From Amoebophrya sp. A120 (lineage: Eukaryota > Protista > Dinoflagellata), in contig CAJINV010000026.1 of the NCBI GenBank assembly GCA_905178155.1, positions 204,289 to 268,288 on the forward strand: a stretch of DNA of 64,000 bases. The letters are read 5' to 3'. Positions within the stretch are counted from its first letter, which is position 1; the number at the start of each line of letters is the position of its first letter. The notes under the pieces were generated by a model, which was given only the letters and a program-made list of their open reading frames with translations, had not been told where the DNA came from and searched no databases. Shown piece by piece: positions 1-11,535 of this stretch. A program made the translations under genes and the position numbers.

Positions 1-171
1 CGCCTCCCGGCGGTTGCCCTATATGGTAACGGCAACTGCCTTCGCGCTGCGTTTGCTAAGCAATATCGCAAGCGCGCAGAGCGCGCGCGCCGGCTTCGTG
101 GGCCGGCGCGCGCTCTGCGCGCGCGCGCGCACGCATTTGGTTACCAGATCATCATGGGAATTGGACCACAT

Positions 172-317
172 AAAACTTGTAATGCAGAAAACCTACGGGA
201 AATATATAAACACCTACGAAACGAGGCTCCTATGCATATCCGGCATGACAGAGCTTGTCTGTCTTGCTCGGCCTGCATAGACTATGTGTGTAACTGTAAC
301 ACTTTTTTCTTGCGATA
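172..317. mobile_element. Right-hand part of a family B introner (left part disrupted)
   Basis: Ends GTGTAACTGTAACACTTTTTTCTTGCGATA; interior similar to 13070-13287 and 49574-49794. Confidence 0.7.
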
Positions 318-1113
318 AGAACCGGTCGTTGGCGCCGGGCTTGGACTTGGACTGGGGCTTGGACTGACCACCGGCGTACTAGTACTCGATATACCGAATT
401 AAGCGCCCCAGTTCGAAATAACGGATTTAAGCAGCCAGGGTTATGCTCATGCGTGCTAAAAACTCGGCGAATTTTTGAACTTTTTTTTTTTTCGTTCAGG
501 CACCAGGATAGGCAGCGGGAGCCTTGTTGGTTTTATATAACACAGGCCAGGGGTCGGAGACGGGGTCTGCGCATTAGTTTAGGCGCTGAAAAGGCGACGC
601 GACGGGGGAAGCTCTAGCTTGGCAGGCTTCCCGCGCCATGTGCTCCCGTATACCGCAATCGCGCCCGAAGGGTGCCCACAACGTCGGTCCTTTCGAGAAC
701 AGAAAAAACACCACTTCCCCTGAAAACGAAAAAACGAAGGAGGGCCACGACCGGCCGCCCAGGATGCATAGGCCGGGCGAGGAGCCCGCCGCGGGGCGCA
801 AAGCACGGGGGCGGGATCTCGCGGGGCGAAGATCTGCGTCCCGCGCGCTCCGGCCGTTTTATTTTTGCAAACACGGCGGGGGGGCGAACATGCAAGATTT
901 GGCAGGAGGCCGCCCCAAATCCCCAAACCCTGCGGGGCTGCCGGGGGGTGGCGGATAAAAACGCGCCTCCCTCCTCTCAGTCCAAACCCCAAACCCGAAA
1001 CCCCAAACCCTGCGCCCCGAAAAAAAAAACCGCCAGGGGCCCCGCGCCGCGACCGCGGCCCCACCCCGCGCCCCGTGGAAGCTTTTGGGCCCGTGGGCTG
1101 CCACGGGGTAAAC

Positions 1114-1234
1114 TGCCGGTGGACGCGCGTCCATCGGAAGTTTTTCGGCCGCCGGAAAGTTTCGACGCCCAATTTCTTTCAGGGCGGCTTTCGGCTCGGC
1201 CGATAAACTTCCGATGGACGCGCGTCCACCGGCA
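1114..1234. repeat. Perfect 30-bp inverted repeat in a GC-rich block
   Basis: TGCCGGTGGACGCGCGTCCATCGGAAGTTT (1114-1143) and its reverse complement (1205-1234). Confidence 0.85.
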
Positions 1235-1568
1235 TTTTTTGCCGCGACCGGGTAACAGCAGAAAAACTTCTGCCGCCCGGGCACCCGGGAAACGCACCCG
1301 ACCGGTCGCCAGGGCCTAACGCGCATCCCTTCGTCCGGCGCTAAACTCCATCGCCGCCCGCGCACCGTGTGCTGGGCCGACTCGGCTCGGGGTCGCGGCG
1401 ACTCTGGTGCCCCCAACCGCCGGCAAAGCTGCAAAATCAGCCTACCGGGAGACCGGGGGCAGGCAGGCCTACCCCCCTCGGGGGCAGGCATGGCAGCGCC
1501 ACCGTGCACTTGCTCCCAAAAACTCCGGGGGTCCGACGTAGTCTGTGCCGAACACTACGAGGGCCCAC

Positions 1569-2826
1569 CTATACGCCCTGGTAGAGTGCGAGTTTTCCTA
1601 TACGACGAAAAAAAAAAACTAGACGCGTCTTTATCTTTATACACTTACTTCGTGTTCGTTCTTGCCGCAGCTGCATCCATACAAATACAAAACGGTAAAC
1701 AAAAAGCATGCTTTTGCATCGGGTGAGGAGTAGTCGCGCCCCGCCCCCTTCTTGAAAGCCGAAACCAGTTGGACTGGGGCTTGGACTGACCACCGGCGTA
1801 CTGGACGGAGTGGGTGCTGCATTCGGAATGACCGCCGCACACTGTTCCTCGCTGAGCAAGTCCGCCCATAGGTCTTCCGAGACGCAGTACACGTCCCGCT
1901 TCTTCTCCGAGTTTTTGTACACGCTACTCGGATATCAAGTACAAAAATGTCTGGGTCTGGAAGAATGCACGTTTGTCATGCTTGTCTGGCATGACTCGAG
2001 AATCTGTGTTGCATAGGCACGAAAAGGCCCTCTTACCTGTCATGCAAAAACGCAGTTTGTCATGCGGAATACGTAGGACATGGGAGCCAAAAAAATTGTC
2101 ATGCGTAGCTGCGTATTGCAGTCCGTCTACCATTTACTTTTAGCATCACAAGTTTCCAGACCCAGAGATTTTTGCATTTGATATCGGAATTTCGTAGGGG
2201 TTCCACACGTAGCCATCCCCGCACGCGCTGTCTAGACAAGGCGTCTCGCTCAGTAAGCAGTCCGCCGTAACCGACTTGCGGTTACCCTCCGCGAGAATGA
2301 CGATCGAGCACACAATATGGATTGTAAAAATGTCTGGGTCTGGAAGGTTGAAACCTGTAATGCTAACTTTCCACACCTAGAAAATCTGTATTGCGTAACC
2401 AACAAAAGTCGCAGCCTCTTTTGTCATGCAAAAACGCAGCTTCTCATGCGGATTGCCTATGAGAGAGCGTTTTGGGAAGTTGTCATGCCGGACTGCATTC
2501 GGAAGTGTTTTCATCATGCACGTTTTAGCATCACAAGTTTCCAGACCCAGACATTTTTACATTTGATACACAACGGTGGTGAGCAAAAAGACGTAAAACA
2601 ACGCCGCGCAAAAAATTTCGCCGGCCGTCATCGATTGCCGATAAGGTGCGAGCACCAGCTTGCAAGCAGTGTCGGTGGGGGAAGAAGCACTTGGCCGCCA
2701 GAATTTGTCATCCTTCGTTGATTCCGCACTTGGCCTCTTAGCCGGCTTGCTGGCGACCAAATCGCTAATGGGTTCTTGGCCACCAACGTAGGCCTGCATC
2801 TCGTAGCTGCTCTTCTTGTCCTGCAT
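1569..2826 (-). CDS. Hypothetical membrane protein (~247 aa), 3 exons, 2 introner introns
   Basis: Removing 1933-2183 and 2316-2568, each with one DR copy, gives MQDKKSSYEMQ...MTAGEIFCAALFYVFLLTTVVCSIVILAEG...GYVWNPYEIPSSVYKNSEKK...STPVVSPSPSP; 744 nt = 248 codons. Start and C-terminus uncertain. Confidence 0.55.
1933..2183. mobile_element. Introner family A
   Basis: TIR TATCAA.T.CAAAAATGTCTGGGTCTGGAA; DR TCGGA/TCGGA. Confidence 0.9.
2316..2568. mobile_element. Introner family A
   Basis: Family A TIR; DR CACAA/CACAA. Confidence 0.9.
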
Positions 2827-4780
2827 ACTGAGATTTTCTACTTGTAATTCTACTTTTGAAATTGATTTATGTACAGACTTCTTGTTCAAGACGCGATTGC
2901 AGTAATGTCGCCTGTAGTTTGTTCGATTGTATTATTTTGATTTTCGATGAGGAAAGTTGTGTCACAATAAATGCAGCAAATGTCGCGAATGGGAATCGCG
3001 CAGCTCTGCTGAAGATGGTCAACTATTTTTAAATGGGAGGAAATAAATAGAAGTAGTCCTGTGTCGACATGATCGTGTGAGAAGAGGTGTTGGCAAGAAA
3101 GAAAACGATGCGGGAGCTTGCTTCTTTCTTTAGAAAAGAAAGAAAGCTTGCTTCTGTATCGGCTATATCTATTATCCTGTGGTCTCCCGTGGGCACTTAC
3201 ACGTACAGCACTCCGTCGGGGGCTGCAAAAATATTCTTGTACGAGAAAGGCGAAGTATATCACCGAGAATTTGTTCTTTTCATCTTGCGGCGAAAACTAA
3301 CCGAGGGTATTAAAACACCATGCTCAGGTGGTGGGCAAAACCGATCTTCGTGCACGCGGCACTTACCAAGTGGTCGTCTTGCAGCTCCTTTCGCGACCGA
3401 CTTAATATCACAACCACCACAAAAGGCTATTGTACTATGGACGGCCACACAAGAACTTCTGAGTGGTCATTACCGACGACGTGAGAAACTCTTCAGAAAT
3501 TATTCGTTGTGATGTACCGATTGGATAAGCTTTCATAGTACTGCTCCACGATGATACGTTTTCCTTAATCATCCGCTTCACCTCGCGTTACACGACTAAA
3601 TACCAATGATTTTTGCAACTGTGCGTGAAGGCCGCAAAGGCTGACTTCAAGCTTTTCGAGTCTTCACGCACAAATATAGCAGCAAATGCATTATGCCATG
3701 CGAACTGGGTTTGAAAAATGATTCATCGAAGCGCAAAGTGTGTAATGCGTTGTGTACTTTCTTATCCGCTTCACTGTCATGCCGCTGCCAGTACCTGGCG
3801 CTACACATCCTTCCTGACTTATCTTTCGTAAAAGTAGCAACTCGAATGTTGTGCGTGCCGAACTTCTTCAAAACACAGATGAAACACCGAGAATAAAACT
3901 CAAAAACTCAACCGAAACTAAGGAGCCACCGCACAACGAGGACGTAAGTAGCTGTAGGAGCTGCTCAGAAACCGACCGAGTAGAAAACTACTACAGAAGT
4001 GGCGAAATAACTAATCCGGAATTTTCATTCTCAAATCGCCGACGACCACGATCGTAGCAACACCGTAAAAGAAAGACAAAGAGGCATGCCTAAATATCGA
4101 GCAAGAAGAAGAGAGAACAAGATCCACTACAGCTGCTATAGCGACATGAAGCAAAAGATGCGCTGCAGAGAGCGCAGTAGCTGCGATATGAATTTATTCA
4201 TCGGGATCCTGTTTTATTGTTCTCTTCCACCAGGGTTGAAAATCAAAATTTGTGCTGTTCGTCCAAAACAAGTTCTTTACTGCTGGGTAAAAACTTATTA
4301 TACGTGATTTTGAATTAAACTTGCTTTTGTGCGGGATGCGCACCACGAAAATTTTTGATCGCAGAATCTTATGAGCATGCATCGAGTGATGTCGTCTTGG
4401 GTAGTTGTCGAGATGAAGTCCTCGTAGCTAACAGTTCAGAGCGCAAATAGTGAAAGCAGTAGTCTCCATCTCCTAGAAAATATCGTACTTACTTGCATGA
4501 CTCAGATACGTAGCGGAGCGAAAAACTATGCACCATGTGCAAAACATGGATGTTGTGTGATTAAATCTTATTCGGACCGTGTATGTGAGGACAAAAAAAC
4601 ATGCGGTATATATAATCATCCCAGATATCCTTTTACAGCTGCAGGTGTTCCCGTTCTATAAAATTCCCATTGTAGTTAATTACCCGACACCCTTAATGAA
4701 ACTTGTAAGACAAAATCGAAAACTACTGACTTCTTGGTGTTCATCCAGCATGACAGATTCCAGTACAGCACTCCCTTCTA

Positions 4781-5763
4781 CTACAGCTGCTGCAGTTCGT
4801 GAAAGTGCTTGACCTTCATGCTGGTAATCCCGCTGTTCGCACTCTGGATGCCCATGTGCCCCCGGTAATCGTTCTGCTGGTTGGTCACAAACGGCCGCCG
4901 CGCCGGCTGGTCAAAAGCCAGGGAGTATGAAATGCAAAAGTGTCTGGGTCTGGAATGTTGCCGGGTTTGTCATGCTGATCTGGCATGGCCCTTAAATCTG
5001 TATTGCGTGGCCACAAACAGCCTCTCTAGCCTGTCATGCAAAAACGCAGTTTCTCATGCGGAATACGCAGCACAGAAGCACGAAGCAACTTGTCATGCTT
5101 GGCGGCGCATTGCAGTGCGTTTGTTATTGTTATTGACTGGCTTGCATCACAAGTTTCCAGACCCGGACATTTTTGCAATCCATAGGGAGGAATCGGAACG
5201 CTTTTGGATCTTCGGGTCTTCCTGCTTCAGCTTGGAACGCGGGGCGTTGGGGCGGTAGACAGAGAGTGGCTTCTTCGCCGTGGCCGCGCCCGCGGATGTC
5301 TTCGTCACATTCGCGACGGAGTAGACCTGCGAAGTTGTATATGGAGGCGTTATTTTTGTTGGGCGTTGTGCAATACAAACTTAAAAACAAAAAGTAGATT
5401 CACAATCACATGTACTACTGCTGTAAATTAATAAGATGGATCACGCTAACACGCATAAAAGTTCTGGCAGTCTAGTAAGAATTCACGCTGCTGAGACCGC
5501 GTTTAAAGGAGTGCAAGAAAAAATTTTGTCATGCGAAAGTTCAATCCAGTAGATACCTGATTGTGCGTGGTCCGGTCGTCAAATTTGGCTTTTGGCGGTT
5601 GCCACTTCGGACACGGGAACGGCACCGCAAGCAGCTGCGCCTGCCCCACCTGCACAATTTTGCGGCAGGTGTACACCTTTTCCTGGTCAAACACCACCGG
5701 CTCCATGATGTCGCGCTTCTTCGGCGCCGGAGTGGTTTTGGCTTTGGGAGCTGCCGCCGTCAT
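4781..5763 (-). CDS. Small hypothetical protein (~162 aa), one GT-AG intron plus one introner
   Basis: Splicing 5327-5556 (GT-AG) and 4926-5184+DR gives MTAAAPKAK...VPFPCPKWQPPKAKFDDRTTHNQ|VYSVANV...KPLSVYRPNAPRSKLKQEDPKIQKRSDSSLAFDQPARRPFVTNQQNDY...HELQQL*; 489 nt = 163 codons. Confidence 0.6.
4926..5184. mobile_element. Introner family A
   Basis: Family A TIR; DR GGGAG/GGGAG. Confidence 0.9.
5327..5556 (-). other. Canonical GT-AG intron
   Basis: CAG|GTATC...TCGCAG|GTCTA restores the frame; contains GCATGACA on the sense strand. Confidence 0.6.
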
Positions 5764-6495
5764 CGTGGTGTAGTTGCGCTCCTTGGGGGGCAGTTGTGAG
5801 TCTCAAAGCTTTTTAGCAACCAATGTTCTTATTCCAGTCTTTTTGGGAGGATAGAGCTCGTGCCGTGAAAAATGATGGTAGAATTGCGCGCGTGTATTTA
5901 ATGACGTTTTTGAGCAAGTACTTTGAAACTGAGCGGGTGCAAGGAAGAAGAACCGAACAAATTTTATTGACCTGTCTCGACGTGGATCAACAGCTGCATA
6001 CTGCGTACAACAAGAAACAAGCTTCTTTTTAGTTATAACAAAGCTGCAACGTTGTACGTAGCATGGAAAAACGAAGACGCAATAGCAAGCTTTCGGCGAA
6101 CGGCGAATGGGATAATAATAATTCTGAACGACTTTACAGTTCTGGACGAATTCGGATTCCAAGGCGGCAACTGAACGAAGATGTTGTGTGTAGTGTACAA
6201 CGATGGACGAAGGGGAAGGAGACATCAGACACGCAATTTATATATACGACGACCTATTTAACAGCAGCTGATACGGCGGGTAATCAGTTCCTCTCATCGG
6301 AGGTGCCATGAACCGGGCGATCATACTTTTGTTTGATCTCTTCCGGCTCAGTTGATCGAATTGGAACAGGAACGTCACAATAGAAGTATACACACATTAT
6401 TGAGTACTAGACAGAGCTGCAATCGTCTACCTTGCTGGCTGACGATGAAGATGAATTAGAGCGTATTTCTATATCAATAGAATCGTGCATTGCGG

Positions 6496-9400
6496 CTAAC
6501 CTTTCTCTTCCTCGTTCAACGGCAGCGGCTTCTGCGTCTCATCATCCGATCCGGTTATTTCTCGTTCCCCTTTCCCCCCGCCGTCTATGTGTATTCCTTT
6601 GCTTTTTCTCTGTTTCTCCTCAGTTACTCCAGGAGTGCCAACATCCGTTCTTATCGCAGTCTTTGAGGCTTTCACATCCACAACAACAGCTGACTTCGTC
6701 ACGGTCTTAGCATTTCCGCCAGCACTGCCCCCGTCGGAAGTAGTACCCTCAACCGGCTTTGCATTTTTGTTGCTCCCTAATAGAACGGTTACAAGCAGCA
6801 CAATCACCGCAATGGCAGAGATTCCGCCGAGAATGACCGCCGCGTACCAAAAAATGACCAACCCTTCATAGTTCTCTTCGTAAATACCGCCACCAATCAC
6901 GCAGTTTACCATTCCGACTATCAAAACAGACAAACCCACGTATCGGTGGAAGTTCAGCCAGACATTGTGTCCGGGCTCAGGCTTGGTTCGAAAAATCCAC
7001 ATAAGCAGCTGCGCCAAAGCGGTTGTTACGATCAAAACCCCGGTCCAGCCGTGGAGCTGTTTTATCGAAGACGATTCGCTAGAGATCTTCCACTCGTTTT
7101 TCGACAAGACGAGGAACATCCCGATCAGCGTGAAAACGATCAGCGCGCTTTGTCCAATCTTTATGGATGTGTCAGAGTTGAAATCGACAAAGTTGAAATA
7201 ATTTGTCATGCATAAAAGGGACGCCAGTTGGAACCCAGTTTCTAAGTGGTGCATGACAAATTTTGGTGGTCCCTAAATCCAGTTTGTCATGCTGTTTAGG
7301 CAAAGAAGAGTGATTTTCTCATGCTACTTTAGCAGCTCGAGCTGTAGCCCCCAACAGGCTTACAATTGGCCTCACTTGCCTGCTCTGCAACACACGTGCC
7401 TCGGGTCATGCATTTTATGCATTACAAATTATTTCAACTTTGACGATTTCAAACCTGACGCTTCCATAATTTTTTAAATACGATTGTGACGTTTTTAAAT
7501 ACGATACCGACCCTTCGTAGTTCTGTTCGTAAATACCGCCACCAATCTATCAAATGTAAAAATGTCTGGGTCTGGAAGATTGCAACTTGTCATGCTGTTT
7601 TTGGACTCTAAAAAAAATTGTATTGCATGACCAGCAAAATGGGTACGCTTTTTGCCACTTTTTGCTACACAGACAGGCCATTTCTCATGCGGAAGGTGCA
7701 TCAGGGAGCCCTCTAAAAATCTGCGATGCTAGTTCAAGCATTACAGGCATCAGAAATATGCATTACGGTCATGAGAAATATGCATGACAAGTCTTGCATT
7801 CTTCCAGACCCAGACATTTTTGCATTTCATACAATCACGCAGTTTACCATTCCGACTACCAAAACGGACAAACCCACGTACCGATGGAAGTTCAGCCACA
7901 CATTCTGTCCGGGTTGTTCAGGCTTGGTTCGAAAAATCCACATAAGCAGCTGCGCCAAAGCGGTTGTTACGATCAAAACCCCGGTCCAGCCGTGGAGCTG
8001 TTTTATCGAAGACGATTCGCTAGAGATCTTCCACTCGTTTTTCGACAAGACGAGGAACATCCCGATCAGCGTGAAAACGATCAGCGCGCTTTGTCCAATC
8101 TTTATGGATGTGTCAGAGTTGAAATCGACAAAGTTGAAATAATTTGTCATGCATAAAAGGGACGCCAGTTGGAACCCAGTTTCTAAGTGGTGCATGACAA
8201 ATTTTGGTGGTCCCTAAATCCAGTTTGTCATGCTGTTTAGGCAAAGAAGAGTGATTTTCTCATGCTACTTTAGCAGCTCGAGCTGTAGCCCCCAACAGGC
8301 TTACAATTGGCCTCACTTGCCTGCTCTGCAACACACGTGCCTCGGGTCATGCATTTTATGCATTACAAATTATTTCAACTTTGACGATTTCAAACCTGAC
8401 GCTTCCATAATCTTGTGCGCCAGCATGTAGGTGGTGTTCGGCGCTTCCAAAGTCGCCGATTGTTATCAAATGCAAAAATGTCTGGGTCTGGAAACTTGTG
8501 ATGCAAGTCCGTGAACAATAAGTGCTCTGTAATGCGCCGCCAAGCATGACAAGTTTTTTCGTGCTTCTGTGATGCGTATCTCGCATGAGAAACTGCGCTT
8601 TTGCATGACAGGCAAGAGGACCTCTTGGTGGCCGCGCAATACAGAGTGCAGAGCCATGCCAGACTAGCATGACAATCTTCCAGACCCACACATTTTTGCA
8701 TTTGATAATTGTCCGTTCTTGTTAATACCCATCCGCCGGAGTAAGGCGAGAATCACCATGGTTGGCGCGATCAACACCCAAGCAACCGACATCAACACCG
8801 CGTGCACTAAACGGACCCTTTCGTGCCCCTTATGACCTGCTCAAACGTTACGACCTCTAACGTTACAATACATAGAAGCTGGGATTTGTCTTGCATAATG
8901 AGCATGACAGACTCGCAACCCGCAGCACTTTCTGCAATACGAATTTTGGCAGATTGTCGTGCGGTTTGGGATTCCGGAACTTGTCATGCGCAGTCCTATG
9001 AAACTTGGCCGCTAGATCATGCACTTCTTGCATCACAGATTTCTAGATTCTATTGCAACGCTTGAGATTGTAACCTTTGAGCAGGTCTTCATACCCCTGA
9101 ACGAGCTCTTCTAACGCTTCTTCCTCCGCTAGAGAGTCCTCCAATTTTCGGCCAAAACCAGGCAGCCCTCCGAGGGCGTTGGTCATTATCGTTAAGTTGT
9201 TCGCGAGGGTCTCGTTTATTGTCAGATTTTTCAGACTCATCTGGAGTGCCAAAAATTTCTCCTTCGCTTCCGCAAACGTCTTGGGCCCGCCGTCCGTTAT
9301 CGGGAGAAGTTGCCCACACACGAAAGCTTTACTCGCGTCACCAGGATGGGACGGTGTCCCGTCGCCGCCTAGTTCCGTGCAGGGCGGGTCGGGATCCCCC

Positions 9401-9948
9401 TGTTTCCAGGAGCAGTCCCAATCCCCGAGTTCATCGCCGTTGGTGATGCCATCGTTATCGCTGTCTTTCCTGCACAACTCTTCGCTCCAGCTTCTGTCTC
9501 CGCCCCCTTGCATGTCGAAGTCGATTCCGAAAGCGTTCCGCTCCGGCGCACCGGTGGAAGATACGTGGCCGAGAAACGCAAACTGCTTGACGTTATCAAA
9601 TGCAAAAATGTCTGGGTCTGGAAGATTGTGAGACTTGTCATGCAGGTTTTCCATGAGCTATATCGTCTGGAATGCAGGACCTAGCATGACAGATTCTGTG
9701 AGATCCCTATCATGCCTATCCTGCATGAGAAACTTCCTCTCAACTTGGTCAAAGTGGACAACTTTTGGCATTCATGCAACACAGATTTTTGCACGATCCA
9801 GAATTAGCATTACTTACAAGTTCCATCCTTCCAGACCCAGACATTTTTGCAGTGCATAGACGTGCGGCACTTTTCCTTCGGCCTTGAAGCTAGGGAAGGC
9901 GCGGACCACAGGGTAGTTGCTGGGGAGGAACACCAGGAGAGGGATCAT
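6496..9948 (-). CDS. Membrane protein with N-terminal temptin-like Cys domain and cytochrome b561 (ferric reductase-type) domain (~470 aa)
   Basis: Spliced product has a hydrophobic N-terminus and a temptin-like pattern GHV..G..RNAFGIDF...W...LC..DSDNDGITNGDELGDWDC.W..G...SHPG. It then has TM helices with four heme-ligand-like His (HAVLMSVAW, HKIGQ, HGWTG, HRYVG). 1413 nt = 471 codons if 7162-8409 is removed as one intron. Confidence 0.8.
7162..7468. mobile_element. Introner family E (duplicate of 8103-8409)
   Basis: TIR TATGGA..GTCAG..TTGAAATCG.CAAAGTTGAAATAATTTG; flanks ATCTT/ATTTT. Confidence 0.85.
7548..7831. mobile_element. Introner family A
   Basis: Family A TIR; DR CAATC/CAATC; empty paralogous site at ~6894. 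Confidence 0.92.
8103..8409. mobile_element. Introner family E
   Basis: Family E TIR; DR ATCTT/ATCTT. Confidence 0.9.
8464..8707. mobile_element. Introner family A
   Basis: Family A TIR; DR ATTGT/ATTGT. Confidence 0.9.
8831..9093. mobile_element. Introner family F
   Basis: TIR TATGA..CTGCTCAAA.GTTAC; DR CCCCT/CCCCT. Confidence 0.85.
9594..9858. mobile_element. Introner family A
   Basis: Family A TIR; DR GACGT/GACGT. Confidence 0.9.
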
Positions 9949-11535
9949 TTTCGCAAGGAGGACTTGGACTTCTACTACCCAGGTCCTCGCGGAAATAAAG
10001 CCCCAGCTGAACTGAAAGGACGTTCTATTCAAACGACCACCCATGAGGCAGTTGTACTTGAGGAACCATGAACTCGATGACTATGATTTCGAATCTTCAC
10101 ACAAATGCATTAATATTGATTCTTCCACCTCTCACAGCGCAAGCGGTTCTACATCGTGTAAGATGGACATGGAACTGGGCAAGAAGGCTCATCGTAATAA
10201 AGCAGGGTCCGGTTTTTATACAACTTGTCAAGTAGACCAGTAGATAAGTTTTGACAGTTCTTGCACCAAGTACTACAGCTGCCGAGGGTTTTCACAACGT
10301 CAAGGTGAAAAAGAACCAGGTACAGCAATCCTGTGAAGTATTTTTGTACAGACAGGAGAGTTAAAATGTTTGTATAGTAAGCTACGCCAAGTTGTTTCAA
10401 CGCCGAGCAGGCTCACGACGACCACGATGGGAAAAAGAGTTTGAGGACCAGATAAAAATTCTGTGAAAAATCAATCTGCCAATCTGCTGACGCACGATAA
10501 CGACAGTCAATACATACGAATCCGGAGGACGAGTAAAGGACGGACAACAACGAAACTCACAAGAACGACAGTACGGAAAGTTGACCCCCCGGGTAGTTTT
10601 ACCCTGGGGGTACTAGAAGTACTCTAGCAAAGTACTCCTGTTATTTTACCAACGACCTTTGGACTTGTGTCTTCAGCGGTCTCAGAGAACAGAGTGCCCT
10701 TGCACATGCAAATCCAAACTCGGATGGATTCACGAGGAGCCCTCCAGGCCGCTGGGCAGCTTTTCGTCTTTATTGAAAATACATTTGCAGCAAAATTCTA
10801 CAGGCAAATTGCATTTAGAGCTTGCTCGCACAAGAGCAAGAGATCCGAATTCATACAAGTGAGAAAAGTTCAAAAGTTCTTGCACTAGAAGTTTTTCAAC
10901 AAACTAACGGACATTTTTCGGAGATAGAATATCGGCATGATTTTGCCTTGTTTCTTGCATTTTTGACAAAAAATTGTAAAGCGGAGTACTTCTAATCGGA
11001 GCCCCTGCGACGCTTCAAAGCGACACCAGAATAGGCTACTCGGCGATGAAACATTGTTGACATTTTCGGAAAAACTACACTGGATTTACGCATAATTCGG
11101 AGATTTTTTTCTCTGTGTAATGCAGCACGACTTCGCCCCGGGCCGTGCCGCAATACAGAATCAGATGAAATCCCTTATCTTATTGTTGACATTTTCGGAA
11201 ATTTGAGTGAGATGTTGACAGTGACCTTTTAGTTTTAGAATCGGAATCGGTTGACATTTTTAGACATTTACTACATTTTGTGGAAAAAGCTCTGAGTCGT
11301 ACTTAAGTCGGGGAGACCACCTTCCAGCGCGACGGACTGCTGCAAGGAACTGTACATGAAGAAGTTTATTTTCGCAGTCTGTCTGCCACAGCAAGAAGGG
11401 TAGTAGAGAAAAGTTAAAGTACAATGCGTACGTATAGTGCACTGAGCCTGCTTGTTCACGTCCACGTGGTGAAGTAGTATACAAAAGCGGTCAGTTGGGA
11501 ATGGCATGATCGCAAAGACGAATTCATATCCCTCC

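Larger units (their letters stand above)
6860..8409. repeat. Tandem duplication of exon + family E intron
   Basis: ~6860-7468 is near-identical to ~7510-8409 once the extra element 7548-7831 is removed. Confidence 0.9.

Noticed and set aside
574-1584. Overlapping 100-216-aa ORFs on both strands
   Set aside because: Stop-poor GC-rich sequence with R/G/P/A-biased translations and no recognisable domain.
11050-11262. Short repeats of GTTGACATTTT(CGGAAA) resembling a bacterial -35 box
   Set aside because: Eukaryotic context and only 3-4 irregularly spaced copies; no supportable function.
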